Shown: in pieces, positions 28,406-41,622 of the stretch | Position numbering within the stretch: the stretch's first letter is position 1 | How the letters are laid out: each line of letters opens with the position of its first letter | NCBI GenBank assembly: GCA_951406725.2 | Contig: OX597818.1 | Span: 120,094,001-120,158,000, forward strand | DNA from: Octopus vulgaris | Taxonomy: Eukaryota | DNA length: 64,000 bases | Direction of reading: 5' to 3' | Notes under the pieces: model-generated | The model's input: only the letters and a program-made list of their open reading frames with translations | Told to the model about the DNA's origin: nothing | The model's database searches: none | Program-made: the position numbers and the translations under genes

Positions 28406-28767
28406 GTAGTCATCACCTCGGTGAGACGTGCGTGTGTAAAGGCGTGTGACCTAGTGATTGCTAGATCGACGGTTCAATTCTCTGACTTGGTGGTATATTG
28501 TGTTCTTGAACAAAGCACTTCATTTCACGTAGCTCCAGTCCCTCTTTTGATCAGGCAGGAACATTGGCCTGCTTGCCTAGCTGGTGGGGTGGCATCACTT
28601 GAAGCTAAAACGATGCAAAGTGCATTGTGACCAGTGATGTGTAACAACATCTGATAGCCTGGTCAGTCATGTGATCATATATGTGTGTGTGTATGTATAT
28701 GTGTATATATCTATGTGTGTCATTGTGTTTGTCTTCCACCACCACTTGACAACTGGTATTGGATTTC

Positions 28768-29062
28768 AGTTCTATATTTAAGAGATGAGGAATTATGTAC
28801 ATTATTTACATTTGACAGATATGCCCACGGGCATATGGCATAGTGGTTAAGAGCACGGACTACTAACCCCAAGATTCCAAGTTCGATTCCAAGCAGTGAC
28901 CTGAACAATAACAATAATAATAATAATAACATCGAAAAAAAATACCTTAGGAATGAGAACCCAGATTTGAAATTTCCCCAAGACACCTGATGAAGGCTGG
29001 AGAGTATATCAGCCGAAACGCTGTGTTAACAACAAACAAGATGAGGACAAATATCCATTGAA
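28768..29062 (+). mobile_element. tRNA-headed element carrying an HHR-like motif (28982-29027)
   Basis: A-box TGGCATAGTGG 28836-28846, B-box GTTCGATTCC 28881-28890, (aat)n, then GACAC CUGAUGA A GGCUG..CAGCC GAAA CG CU GUGUU; 28768-28812 is the reverse complement of 17003-17046. Confidence 0.65.
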
Positions 29063-29079
29063 TTAGTACTATTATTACT

Positions 29080-29298
29080 AAGGTAGTGTGCTTGCAGAAT
29101 CGTTAGCATGCTGGACAAATTGCTTAGCGGTATTTTGTCTGCCGCTGCGTTCTGAGTTCAAATTCCGCTGAGGTTGACTTTGCCTTTCATCCTTTCGGGG
29201 TCAATAAAATACGTACGTTATTTATTGGGGTTGATGTAATTGTCTTAGTCTCTTCCCCACCAATTTTAGGCCTTGTGCCAACAGTAGAAAGGATTATT
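29080..29298 (+). mobile_element. SINE family B
   Basis: Match to the 4366-4592 unit. Confidence 0.8.
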
Positions 29299-29326
29299 AA
29301 TTCATGGGAAACATGAATCTGATTTT

Positions 29327-29470
29327 CAGGGCCAGCTCAAGGTACTGGCAACTCAAGCAGTCACACAGAGTGCAATGTGCTTGTGGCTGCCAAGGAGGGT
29401 GAGACAAAAACAAGGAAATTTCCACAACAGTCAGCTTGCCTGGGGCACCAGCACCCTAGGGCCGGCCCTG
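29327..29470. mobile_element. hAT-type MITE (144 bp)
   Basis: TIRs cagggccagc / gccggccctg; perfect 8-bp TSD ctgatttt at 29319-29326 and 29471-29478. Confidence 0.85.
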
Positions 29471-29609
29471 CTGATTTTCATCATTAGCATGCAAAACTAC
29501 ATCAAAAACTACACTGTTTTGAAAATAATCTGGTGAAAATCAGAGAAAAAAAAAACTTCAAGGGGTTGAAAGGAATTTAATAAGATACAAATTTATAACA
29601 CCCGCTTCC

Positions 29610-30451
29610 TTAAAGCTTTCATTACTGTATCTATTTTGAGATGCTCTATGTTTCTGTCAATTAATTTTAAATATAACAAAGAATTTAGTAAAATAACTTA
29701 GTTATCATTCAGCTAGTGTTAGGAACATAAATTGTGACTAAAGTTTGGTGGAAAATTTTAATTCAGAACTTATGAAAACAAGACATTTGTACTCAGAGCC
29801 AGAGCTGGTTTCAGCTGGGTTGGTAATGAAAGGGTTAAGAATTATTTTTCTATTATATATTTTAACCCTTTTGTGACCATATTTCTGTTGAGATCAGCTA
29901 GTGTTAGGAACATAAATTATGACTAAAGTTTGGTGGAAGATTTTAATTATGAAAACAAGACATTTGTACTCAGAGCCAGAGCTGGTTTCAGCTGGGTTGG
30001 TAATGAAAGGGTTAAGAATTATTTTTCTATTATATATTTTAACCCTTTTGTGACCATATTTCTGTTGAGATCAGCTAGTGTTAGGAACATAAATTATGAC
30101 TAAAGTTTGGTGGAAGATTTTAATTCAAAACTTATGAAAACAAGACATTTGTACTCAGAGCCAGAGCTTGTTTCAGCCGGGTTGGTAATGAAAGGGTTAA
30201 GAATTATTTCTCCATTATATATTTTAACCCTTTTGTGACCATATTTCTGTTGAGATCCTTTGCGCTTCTTTCAATTAATTTTAAATATAACAAAGAATTT
30301 AGTAAAATAACTTAGTCATCATTCAGCTAGTGTTAGGAACATAAATTGTGACTAAAGTTTGGAGGAAGATTTTAATTCAAAACATGTAAACAAGACATTT
30401 GTACTACAGAGCCAGATGTGGTTTCAGCCAGGTTGGTATCAAAAGGGTTAA
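29610..30451. mobile_element. Tandem array of four piggyBac-type MITE units
   Basis: Units end aaaggg|ttaa and begin ttaa|cccttttg; complete unit 30228-30447 with TTAA both sides and 12/14-matching TIRs; internal units 29866-30011 and 30043-30196 are deleted forms. Confidence 0.8.
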
Positions 30452-30869
30452 AATTTGTAAGCACATTTCTTTTTAAGACCGTAGGATGTGATTCGAGGTT
30501 GATTTGGGTGTTATCTTTAGCAAGGTCTCTTCATTGGTTCATCATTGTTGTTCGGGGTGGGGTGGGGGTGGAGACCATAGTCATAGTAGTCATGATAACA
30601 ACAGAATTCAGAGTTTCCCTTTTGTGTTCCTTTGTGAAATATGATACACAGAAGGTTGTTAGGGATGGGATAAAAACTAGAATACATCCCTGAACCAGTT
30701 TGGATGGTGTATTTAGAAGACAAAAAGAAAAAAAATCTCAGTGGGGGTGAAGAACTGAGTTGGTGGTAGGGAGAGGGTGATAATGGCGGGTGGGTGGGGG
30801 ATATAACATGTCTTTTGACTGTATGACTAATTCAATACATGTAGGATTTATTTATGCTTGCCTGGTGCT

Positions 30870-31001
30870 AAAGAGTAGTAGTAGTAGCAGTAGTAGTAGT
30901 GATAGTGTTGGTGTAATAATAGCAGTGGTGGTGGTGGTGGAGGTAAAAGTAGTATTAGTAGTAGTAGGAGTGCTATTGGTGAGAGGTGGTGGCAGCGATG
31001 T

Positions 31002-31044
<43 letters not shown>

Positions 31045-31514
31045 GGTGGTAGAGGTGGTGGTGGTAATAATAGGAAGGAGTAGGCTGAAGAAGAGGGGCA
31101 GAAGGAGGAAGAAAGGAGGAGGAGGATGGGAGGAGGAGAGGGGTGAGGGGAAAGTTTCTTGTGTTGCAGGTGAAGACAACAGTGGTGTTGGTGGTGGTGG
31201 TGGCAGTGGAGGTAGGGTAGGAGGATGGCGGTGATGCGGAAGGGTGTGGCCAAGTATGCAAAGTTGTTGAGATAAAAGTGAAATGGGGTGGATGGGTGGC
31301 GAGGAGGTGGCTACAGGTGCAACTGTATTTGAAAGCTCAGAGAAAGAAAAACACATGCAGAGCTTTAAACAATGATGATACTACCACCACCACCATTATC
31401 ACCACCACTACCACCACCACTACTACTACAACTACTACTACCACCACCACTACTACCACCACCACCACCACCACCACCACTACTACCACCACCACCACCA
31501 CCACCACCACCACC

Positions 31515-31573
<59 letters not shown>

Positions 31574-31860
31574 CACCACTACCACTGCTACTACTATTTC
31601 GACTGATAAAGAGGATATCTTCATAGAATGTGGATCGGATTATGGTGAGATTGTCAGTGTGATCTTATTAGCCACAAGGGCAACAGAAGAAGAAGAAGAA
31701 GATGATGTTGATGATGATGATGACAAGGAAGAAGCAGAAGATGCTGGTGATGATAATGATGCAGAAAAAGTGAAGATGAGTGCAAGAATAAGAAACAGAA
31801 GAAGAGTGCAGGAATTAATACTGTTCTTAAGTCTAACAACAACAACAACAACAGCTAAAA
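30870..31860. repeat. (TAG/GGT)n, (ACC/ACT)n, (GAA/GAT)n low-complexity region
   Basis: Direct inspection. Confidence 0.8.
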
Positions 31861-32193
31861 AACAAAAAAAAATGGTTACTAGCTGTGGGTGAAGCACCAG
31901 AGTTTAGAAAACTGAATCCAAAGTAATGAATTTGAATTGACAACGGAAAAAGAAAAAAGAAGCCGAAGAGGGAGAAAGAAGAAGAAGAAGAAATGATAAG
32001 CAGAAAGAAGTAAAAAAAAAAATACAATACAAAAATAAAGGGAATGGACGGGGGGGAGGGGGGAGAGGAGGGAAAGAAACTGGGAGACAAAGACAGAGGG
32101 AGGGGGGAGGGCAGGAGATAGGAAGAGATAAAGTAAACAGAAGTTACATTCCTTAAGGTGGGAGGGGCGGGGTGCATGCGTTCGTGTGTACAT

Positions 32194-32226
<33 letters not shown>

Positions 32227-32650
32227 CATATGTATATATACATATATACATATGTGTGTGTGTATATATATATATATATATACATACACATATGTATATA
32301 TGTATGCATCTATGTATGGTATGTATATATATATATACATATCCACATAATATGTATGTGTATGTGTATATATATACACACACATACATGAATTTATATA
32401 TACATATATGAATGTATATATATATGTATGTATGAATTTATAATGCATATATATATATATACACATGTGTGTGTGTACATGCATACGCTTATGTACGCTT
32501 ATGTACAAACACTTGTAAGCACATACATACATACACACACATATAGAGCTTACCCTCACCAGCTTACAGAATGAAGGTATGCACAGACACATGCATACAC
32601 ACATGTATATTTACACACACACAGACACACATATCTATATATAGAGAGGG

Positions 32651-32712
<62 letters not shown>

Positions 32713-32781
32713 GTAATAATAATAATACACTGACGAAAATATTAATAGAACGTGAAGAGAGGTGGGCAAGGAAAGACTGGT

Positions 32782-32831
<50 letters not shown>

Positions 32832-33050
32832 CAGAAGAGAGGAAGAAGAAAAATGTGAGAGAAGATATTTGAGAAGCCTAAGCAATCATTTGAGAGATAA
32901 AAAAAAAAAGAGAAACTAGGTCAAAAACTGGGTCAAATACAGAAAGTGGCACCAACTGCCAAGATCAAGCCCATAGCCAGTAAATTATATCGTTTACTGG
33001 ATACATACATATATATATGTATGTATTTATGTATGTATATATGTATATAT

Positions 33051-33294
33051 AAATATTTTAATAATTATATACATAATTATAACACGGGTTTGGCTACAAG
33101 CCTCCCCCACGCACTGGGAAAATAGACTCCAAAGGACACTGTTACCACCTTAAAAACTCTGAGAATAATATGCTGGGTTATTCTTGGCATTTTTAAGGTG
33201 GTAATAGTGTCTTTTGGGGTCTATTTTCCTAGTGCGTGGGGAGGCTTATAGCCAATCCCTTGTTATAATTATGTATACAATTATTAGAATATTT
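33051..33294. repeat. Long palindrome (~117-bp arms, 9-nt loop)
   Basis: 33051-33168 is the reverse complement of 33178-33294 with roughly a dozen or so differences, several G-U compatible. Confidence 0.9.
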
Positions 33295-34649
33295 GTAAAA
33301 TTTACCTATAAGGTTTTTATTTCCACGCTGACCCCCTTGTAAAATCGTTAATGATTTTTACCCTTTATTACACATGATGATGGTGGTGGTGGTGGTGGTG
33401 GTTTTGATGATATTGGGGTCATGATGATGATGATAATGATGATGATGACAATGGTGGTAGTGGTGGTGATAATGTTGGGGGCCATGACGATGATGATGAT
33501 GATGATGATGGTGATGATATTGGGGGTCATGATAACGATGTTGATGATGATAATGACGATGACGATGGCAGTGGTAGTGGTGGTGATTATATTGGGAGTC
33601 ATGATGGTGACGATAGTGATGATGATGAGGATGATGATGATGATGATGCTGATGATGATGATGATACACACATAAACATTTACTCCCACATATACACATA
33701 GTCGTCTCTCACTTCCAAACCTAATTTTTAAGTCAGTAAACAAAGTGCTTAAACACTTTGAATATATAAATAACTGCCTACATCTACAAACGAATGTAAT
33801 TAGAAATGTTCAAATTAAACAGAGGCACAGATCAAGGATGGCCACATCAACACGATGTAAACAATTAATTGAAAGGTTAATGGCTTTGTTGCTAATTACA
33901 TGAAGTGTCCATGCCACTGACAGGATGGTTAGTTAGCCCTTAATGGCTCAGTCTGCCTAGTTGTAAAGAAGTACCACAGGCTGGTGTAATCACCTCATGT
34001 AAGTAACAATAATGCTGTTAAACTGTAGAATGATTTGTGTGTGTGTGTGTACATACATATATTTGAATATACAGGTGTGCGTGTACATGTGTATTCTTTT
34101 ATCCTTTTATTTGTGTCAGCCATTTGATTGTGGCCATGCTGAAGCACCATCTTTAATCAACCGAGTCAACCCCAGCACTTATTCTTTGTAAGTTTAGTAC
34201 ACCTGACTGGCGTCCTGTGCTGATGGCACATAAAAAGCACCCACTACACTCTTGGAGTAGTTGGCATGAGGAAGGGCATCCAGCTGTAGAAAACCTGCCA
34301 AATCAGATTGGAGCCTGGCACAGCCTACTGGCTTGCAAGTCCCTATCAAACTGTCCAACCCATGCTAGCATGGAAAGCAGACATTAAACGTTGATGATGA
34401 TGATGATATATATAAAACCCTTGATTCAATAACACTGTGTATAAACTCTATACTTGGAACAACCAATTTTAAACACTGTTGGATTTTACTCATAAGGTAC
34501 TGAAATCTTATATGTATACCATTCTGCCTAAATAATGGATGTACAAATACAATATCCCTGCATATCTCACATCTATTTTCATTCCTCCACCTCATTCTCT
34601 ATTTCATATCTTATATAAATCAACTATTGCTAAACCATCTTCTCACGCC

Positions 34650-34697
34650 GTCTCCGATGAAGGGATATAATAAATATCCTAGAAACAACTGTAAAAC
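34650..34697 (+). ncRNA. HHR-like motif, CCGAUGA variant core
   Basis: GUCU CCGAUGA A GGGAUAU aauaa AUAUCCU A GAAAC AACU GUA AAAC. Confidence 0.6.
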
Positions 34698-34961
34698 CAC
34701 CCATTTATAAATGTTCTAAAATGTACGCAGCCTTGGTTTTTTTATCTCATTATGAAAAAATTTTTATATATATATATTAGCAAACTGCAGTTTTTTCTGC
34801 GGTACTATCTTGTGATGCACATGGTAAATCTGAATGGAGGGATGCGAAATTACTCGTCTATATAAATTCGGAAGTGCTGATTATCTTGTGTTATGTTTCG
34901 ATGCTGCTTGGTCGAAGATGCAAAGGGTAGGTTTAACATTTTCAAGTTTATAATATTGAAA

Positions 34962-35021
34962 TATCATGCTGATGAGTGGAAGTGAATTTTACAATTCTAA
35001 TCCCAAAACGCATACATGATA
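34962..35021 (+). ncRNA. Decayed HHR motif (G12A)
   Basis: UAUCAUG CUGAUGA GUGGA..GAAUU UUAC AAUUC..UCCC AAAA CGCA UA CAUGAUA; 7-bp stem I; changes consistent with CpG decay of CGAAACGCGUA. Confidence 0.6.
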
Positions 35022-35230
35022 ATAATAATAATAATAATAATAATAAAACATTGTGTACAGTGCTCCAAATGACTGGTTATTTACGTTATTTTGTCTTCTT
35101 GTTTGCCTCTGTGAGTAACAAGCATTGCTGTCTGTGGAGTTATATTTGTAGTTAAAGGAATTAGTCAGTCTTGACTGCTATTTCTAAATTTTCGGTAGGT
35201 GGTGAAGCAACTTTTTGCTAAACCCTTAAT

Positions 35231-35261
<31 letters not shown>

Positions 35262-35746
35262 GTATGTATAATGTATATACATATACATATATGTATGTAT
35301 AATGTATATACATATATATGTATAATGTGCATGTGTATAAGTATGTATATGCATATATTAAATATATTCAATTGTGTACTTTTGCAGTATTTCTTCTAAT
35401 TTCTCATTTTATTTCATTACAGACAAACTTTTAAACAGATGGTATTTATTTTAAAGAGCAACAATTCAGCTTAGTCTAATTGCAATGTTCAGTAGCCCCA
35501 GTTATCAGCACGTATAACACAACTTGGATGATTGCATCTACAAAGTTGAAATACTTATAAGGATATTAGTTCTCGTCTTTCACGTAGCAGACATTTTCAT
35601 CACATAATATGTGCATGTGTATATATTTAGCTGTATAAATGTATGTATGTATACTTGCATATTAAATATCTCAACATCATCATCAGTCTTCATCGTTATC
35701 ATCATTTCATGCCTGCTTTCCATGCGAGCATGGTTGTGTGTGTGCA

Positions 35747-35783
<37 letters not shown>

Positions 35784-35935
35784 CAGGCTTCTTTCAGTTT
35801 CCATCAATCAAATCCACTCATAAAGCTTTTGTTGGCCCAACGCTATAGTGGAAGACACTTGCCCAAGGTGCCATGCAGTGGGACTGAACCTAGAACTGTG
35901 TGGTTGTGAAGCAAGCTTCTTACTGCATAGCCACG

Positions 35936-35976
<41 letters not shown>

Positions 35977-36087
35977 ATATATATGTATATGTATATGTAT
36001 ATATACATGTATATGTATATATATATATATATATATACATGTATATGTATATATATATACATATATGTATATATATATATATATACA

Positions 36088-36120
<33 letters not shown>

Positions 36121-36122
36121 CA

Positions 36123-36175
<53 letters not shown>

Positions 36176-36178
<3 letters not shown>

Positions 36179-36498
36179 CTGTGTCGGTGGCACATAAAAA
36201 CACCATCCGAGCGTGGCCGTCTGCCAGCCTCGTCTGGCACCTGTGTCGGTGGCACATAAAAACACCATCCGAGCGTGGCCGTTCGCCAGCCTCGTCTGGC
36301 ACCTGTGTCGGTGGCACATAAAATCACCCACTACACTCTCGGAGTGGTTGGCGTTAGGAAGGGCATCCAGCTGTAGAAACACTGCCAGATCTGACTGGCC
36401 TGGTGCAGCCTTCGGGCTCCCCAGACCCCAGTTGAACCGTCCAACCCATGCTAGCATGGAAAACGGACGCTAAATGATGATGATGATGATGATGATGA
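36176..36498 (+). mobile_element. Young RTE 3' UTR copy with 62-bp tandem subrepeats
   Basis: Units 36176-36237 and 36238-36299 differ by ~2 nt, partial third unit, conserved tail, (gat)n. Confidence 0.85.
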
Positions 36499-37421
36499 TA
36501 TAAAGACATTGCAGAGTGGTCTGATGGATAGATGTATGCAAGTGATAATGAATGAGGGGAGAGGGAAGAGGAAAAGAAACAGGGCAAGAGAATCAAGGAG
36601 AAAGTAGAGTGAAAAGAAAAGGAAGGAGACAAGCATAGAATGAAGGGGTGGCGGGTGAGTGGGGGATGAGGGACAGAAGAACAACAATAACAATAACTGC
36701 AGCCTAAGAAAGGGAAGTGGGTGGAGAATTATATGAAGGAAAAGATGAGAGAGAGAGAATGGGGGAGAGATAGACAAACAGAGCAAGGGAGGGATGTGGA
36801 AACGAGAAAGGGGTTAGCAATATGAATAGATGCAGAGGAAAAGAGAAGAAGAGTCTTGGTGTTGAAAGAGGGAAGACGAAAGATGTTATTGAATCTTGTA
36901 GACAAAAGAAATGGTGGAATCCTAGATTCTAATGAACCGGTGGATTCATAAATAAAAGTCAATTGTGTTTATTTGAGTATGAAGAATTTTATGGCCGGGG
37001 TTTTCTATAAAACCTGGAGAAGAGCATATGTTCTGTGTTCTAATTAATTTGTTATTGATGTGGAGTGAAGGGTGATGGATGGCTTGTTGCTTATCAGCTT
37101 AGAAATGGTGTTTGGAAGCTCAACACAGATATCAGCATCAACCTCCATCTTGGAAAAACATAAAAAAAAAAAACAGAAACAAAAAACAAACGCACACACT
37201 TGTACATACACACACACATAGGTATGTGTTAATCTATTTACAATGCATATATAAATACAAACATTGCATACATATACAGGCACATGCAATATACATACAA
37301 TATACATACATACACACATATATTGGTATATATGTATATACACACACATACATACACATATAAATACACATATAAATACATCTACATAAACATACACACA
37401 CAAATATGTATATATATATTT

Positions 37422-37464
<43 letters not shown>

Positions 37465-37465
<1 letters not shown>

Positions 37466-37725
37466 TTCATATCATCGTTTAATATCCACTTTCCAAGCTG
37501 TCATGGGTTGGACAGTTTGACTGAGAATTGGCAAGCTGGGAGGCTGAACCAGGTTCCAACCACTCTGAGTGTGTAGTGGATGTTTTTAAATGTCACTGGC
37601 ACAGGAGCCAGTCAGGTGGCCCTGGCATTGATCACATTTGGATAGTACTTTTTATGTGCCACAGGCTCAGGAGCCAGTCAGATGCTCCTGGCATTGACCA
37701 CATTTGGATGGTGCATTTTATGTGC
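37465..37725 (-). mobile_element. RTE 3' UTR copy (minus)
   Basis: Reverse complement of tail and subrepeats. Confidence 0.7.
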
Positions 37726-38750
37726 AGAGAGATAGATTGAGATAGAGAGACAGATAGACAGAGAAATAGATAGATATACAGACAGGCAGAGAGATAGACT
37801 GTGACACAGAGATGTAAGCAAAGATAGATACACGAATATAAACATTTATTGTTGTTATGAGAAAGTTTTAGTTGTCTGTTGTTTACACCCACTCCAAAAT
37901 GTCAACATTAATTCACGTTGACATATTGACATTTATGACATGTCTCCCCGCCCTCACCTACAAAAGAACAAACTAGCAATCAAGAAATGGAATGAAGCTG
38001 TGATTAGTTTGTTAGAACCCCCCCACTCCCCTGGTGCTAAACAACAACAACAATTACAAATATGTGTGTGTATATAATAATAATATACATATAGACAATG
38101 TAACCTTACTAATAACGGTAATAAAAAATGTGTGTGTTAGTGTATATATATGTATGTATATGTATGTATATATATATATGTGTCTATATATATATATATA
38201 TATATTTTATATATTTGTATACAATGTATGTATACGTATGTACATATATATATTTGTATATATATATATGTGTATACTTATTGAGGGTTTTTTTATTACT
38301 GATATTAGTATGGTTACATTGTTGTTTACCAAAATTACGCAATTTCAAAATAATTTGTATGTGTGTAAAGCCAATTGGTTAAAAGTGAAACAACTACAGA
38401 GTGTAGATCCATTTACCATGACAAGCTGATATATATATGTACTTGCAAGACCTGGTTATAGACTGAATATAGCATGTATTTCCATAATAGTAATATTATA
38501 CATGAATGGACATATCAGGCTATATTGAAATATGTAGGTCGGGACATAGAAACCTAATAAGGTTACCCCATAGCATGATATCTCTTTTTTTTTTTAGTAT
38601 AAACTCAAAATTCTAAATGAATGGATATAAATATGGAAAATAGAATCTATATATGAATGTACTCTGAGGTTTATAAGTTGGAGAGTATGAAAAGCTATAC
38701 ATTCATGAGACAGCAAAATGTGAGCTTGTTTAGATAAATATATGCGTGTA

Positions 38751-39268
<518 letters not shown>

Positions 39269-39714
39269 ATATGTAGGTACATTAGTGCTAAATGAATGTG
39301 TGTGTATGTGTGTATGCCTGTATGTATGTCTCTTCTATTTTTTTAAACTATTATAAATCTTCCACTGAGGAAGGAGTTGGTTTCCAACATGTATTCCTGT
39401 ATGTATGTACATATGCAAGTAAATTTTGATTTAATAACCTCTCATATTGACTTGTAATGGAACTGAGATAAAGCCCAGCAACAGTAATGCTATACAGCTT
39501 TGGTTCCCTGCTGTGCAAAGGAAGTGACCACACATCACTGATTCCCTTTGAAGTGGAATAGTAACAGACTCAAATACAAGTAGCTATGAAGTTTTATCAT
39601 TTTATGATGTTATTATCTTACAAGGTTCATTTATTTTCCTAAAACCCAGACAGGTTTGTGGTTAAGGAAAGAGTGAATAAGGGGTTTCTTTATTTTATCT
39701 TTTATTTCCATTGA

Positions 39715-39811
39715 CATGGCACCTTGGCCAAGTGTCTTCTACTATAGCCTTGGGCCGATCAAAGCCTTGTGAGTGGATTTGGTAGACGGAAACTGAAAGA
39801 AGCCTGTCGTA

Positions 39812-39874
<63 letters not shown>

Positions 39875-40093
39875 GTGTTTGTGTGTCTGTGTTTGTCCCC
39901 CTAGCATTGCTTGACAACCGATGCTGGTGTGTTTACGTCCCCGTCACTTAGCAGTTCGGCAAAAGAGACCGATAGAATAAGTACTGGGCTTACAAAGAAT
40001 AAGTCCTGGGATCAATTGCTCAACTAAAGGCGGTGCTCCAGCATGGCCGCAGTCAAATGACTGAAACAAGTAAAAGAGTAAAAGAGTAAAGAG
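39715..40093 (+). mobile_element. SINE family A (5' truncated)
   Basis: Match to 6200-6576. Confidence 0.85.
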
Positions 40094-40291
40094 TATATGA
40101 TTTTGGTATTTTTTCTTATTTGTATCTCTTTGTATTTCAGTGTTGCTCTTTGTCAATGGAATGCTAAGTATAATGGTGTGGGTATAAATAAAAAGCAACT
40201 GAAGATGTTCTAGCAGTGCTTTGGACCCTACTTACTGGAAGACGTGCATGTATACAGCTATTGTTTGACTCATATTAATGCAATAATGTTT

Positions 40292-41622
40292 TTAGCGAAA
40301 ACCAAAGTCTTAGTAAGTAGGAACGCAAACAAGTCACAAATCCCTTCAGGTAGATGACCCTGCTCGAGATGTAGAAAAAGCGTAGGTAGAAACTTCATAA
40401 GATGTACCTGGGGTGAGCTATGGACACATAAGAGGTGTAGCAATATCAGAGGAAGGTTAACAGGGAAGATAGTCTTAAAGTGTGGCAGATGCACAGGTAC
40501 AATAAACACTAGAAATGTAAAGAAAATAGACTCCATCAAATGTCAGGGGGGGGACACCTAAAAATAGTTAATAGCTTCCATTATCTAGGTGACCAAATCA
40601 ACAGTGGAGGTGGATGCTCTGAGATTAAGAATAGGCTGGGCAAAGTTTAGAGAGCTTCTACCTCTGTTGGTAACAAAGGGCCTCTTCCTCAGATTGAAAG
40701 GCAGACTATATGTTGCTTGTGTATGAACAGCCATGCTCCATAGCAGTGAAACGTGTACTATGACTGCAGAGAACATGCAAAGGCTTGAAAGAACTGAAGC
40801 TAGTATGCTTTGCTAGAGGTGCAATGTCAGGGTGCATGAGTGACAGAGCATAAGTGTCTTGAGAGAAAAACTGGGTGTAAGAGGTATCAGATGTGGTGTG
40901 CAAGAGAGATGACTGAGCTGGTTTGGTCATATGAGGCATATGCATGAGAACAGCTGTGTAAAGAAGAGCCAATCTTTAACTGTGGAGGTGAACCATAGAA
41001 GAGGTAGACCCAAGAAGACATGGGACAAGATTGTGAAGCAGGATTTCCGAATGTTGGGCCTCACAGAAGCGATGACAAGTGATTGAGACCTTTGATGATA
41101 TGCTGTGCTTGAGAAGACTCATCAAGCCAAGTGAAATCATAGTTGAGGCTGGTGCCATGTAAATGGCACCCATGAAATCATAAGTGTGACTGTTGCTGGG
41201 AGCATGATCTTCATATGCTGGGCCTCCCAGAGGAGAGGGATGAGTTGGTGAAACATGATCTTCGAATGTTGGGCCTCACGGAGGCAATGACAACTGACTG
41301 CGCTTGAGAAGACTTGTCAAGCCAAGTGAAACTGTAGTCATGGCAACTGCCAGTGTCGTGTAAATGGAACTCATGAAATTGTAGTTGTGGCTGTTATCAG
41401 TGTCATGTAAGTGGCACCTGTGCCAGTGGCATGTAAGAGACACCCATTACACTCTCAGGGTGGTTGACATTAGGAAAAGCATCCAACCGTAGAAACCACG
41501 CCAAATCAGACTGGAACCTGGTGCAGCTCTCTGGCTAACCAGTTCCAGTCAATCTATCTAATCCATGCCAGCATGGAAAACAGACGTTAATTGATGGTGA
41601 TGATGATGATGATGATGATGAT
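40292..41622 (+). pseudogene. 5'-truncated, decayed RTE-clade LINE: end of RT, PHD-like finger, C-terminus, 3' UTR
   Basis: LAKTKVLV..CSRC..CTWG..HKRC..CGRC..VNSFHYLGD..IRIGWAKFRELLPLL..GRLYVACV*TAMLHSSET..LSWFGHMRHM..RGRPKKTWDKIVKQD..AVLEKTHQAK* (stop 41132-41134); multiple stops/frameshifts; duplicated C-terminal piece at ~41230-41330; (gat)n tail. Confidence 0.9.

Noticed and set aside
28826-28900. tRNA gene
   Set aside because: A and B boxes present but no proper acceptor stem or poly-T terminator; better read as a SINE-type head. The same applies to 13423 and 20488.
31278-31892. 204-aa poly-Thr/acidic ORF and overlapping minus-strand Ser/Pro-rich ORFs
   Set aside because: Stop-free because of trinucleotide repeats; no recognisable domain or convincing splice structure. 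Cannot be fully excluded as a low-complexity exon without RNA data.
34855-34935. TATA box plus CGGAAGTG motif as a promoter
   Set aside because: Short motifs are common in AT-rich DNA and the segment lies between two HHR-repeat remnants.
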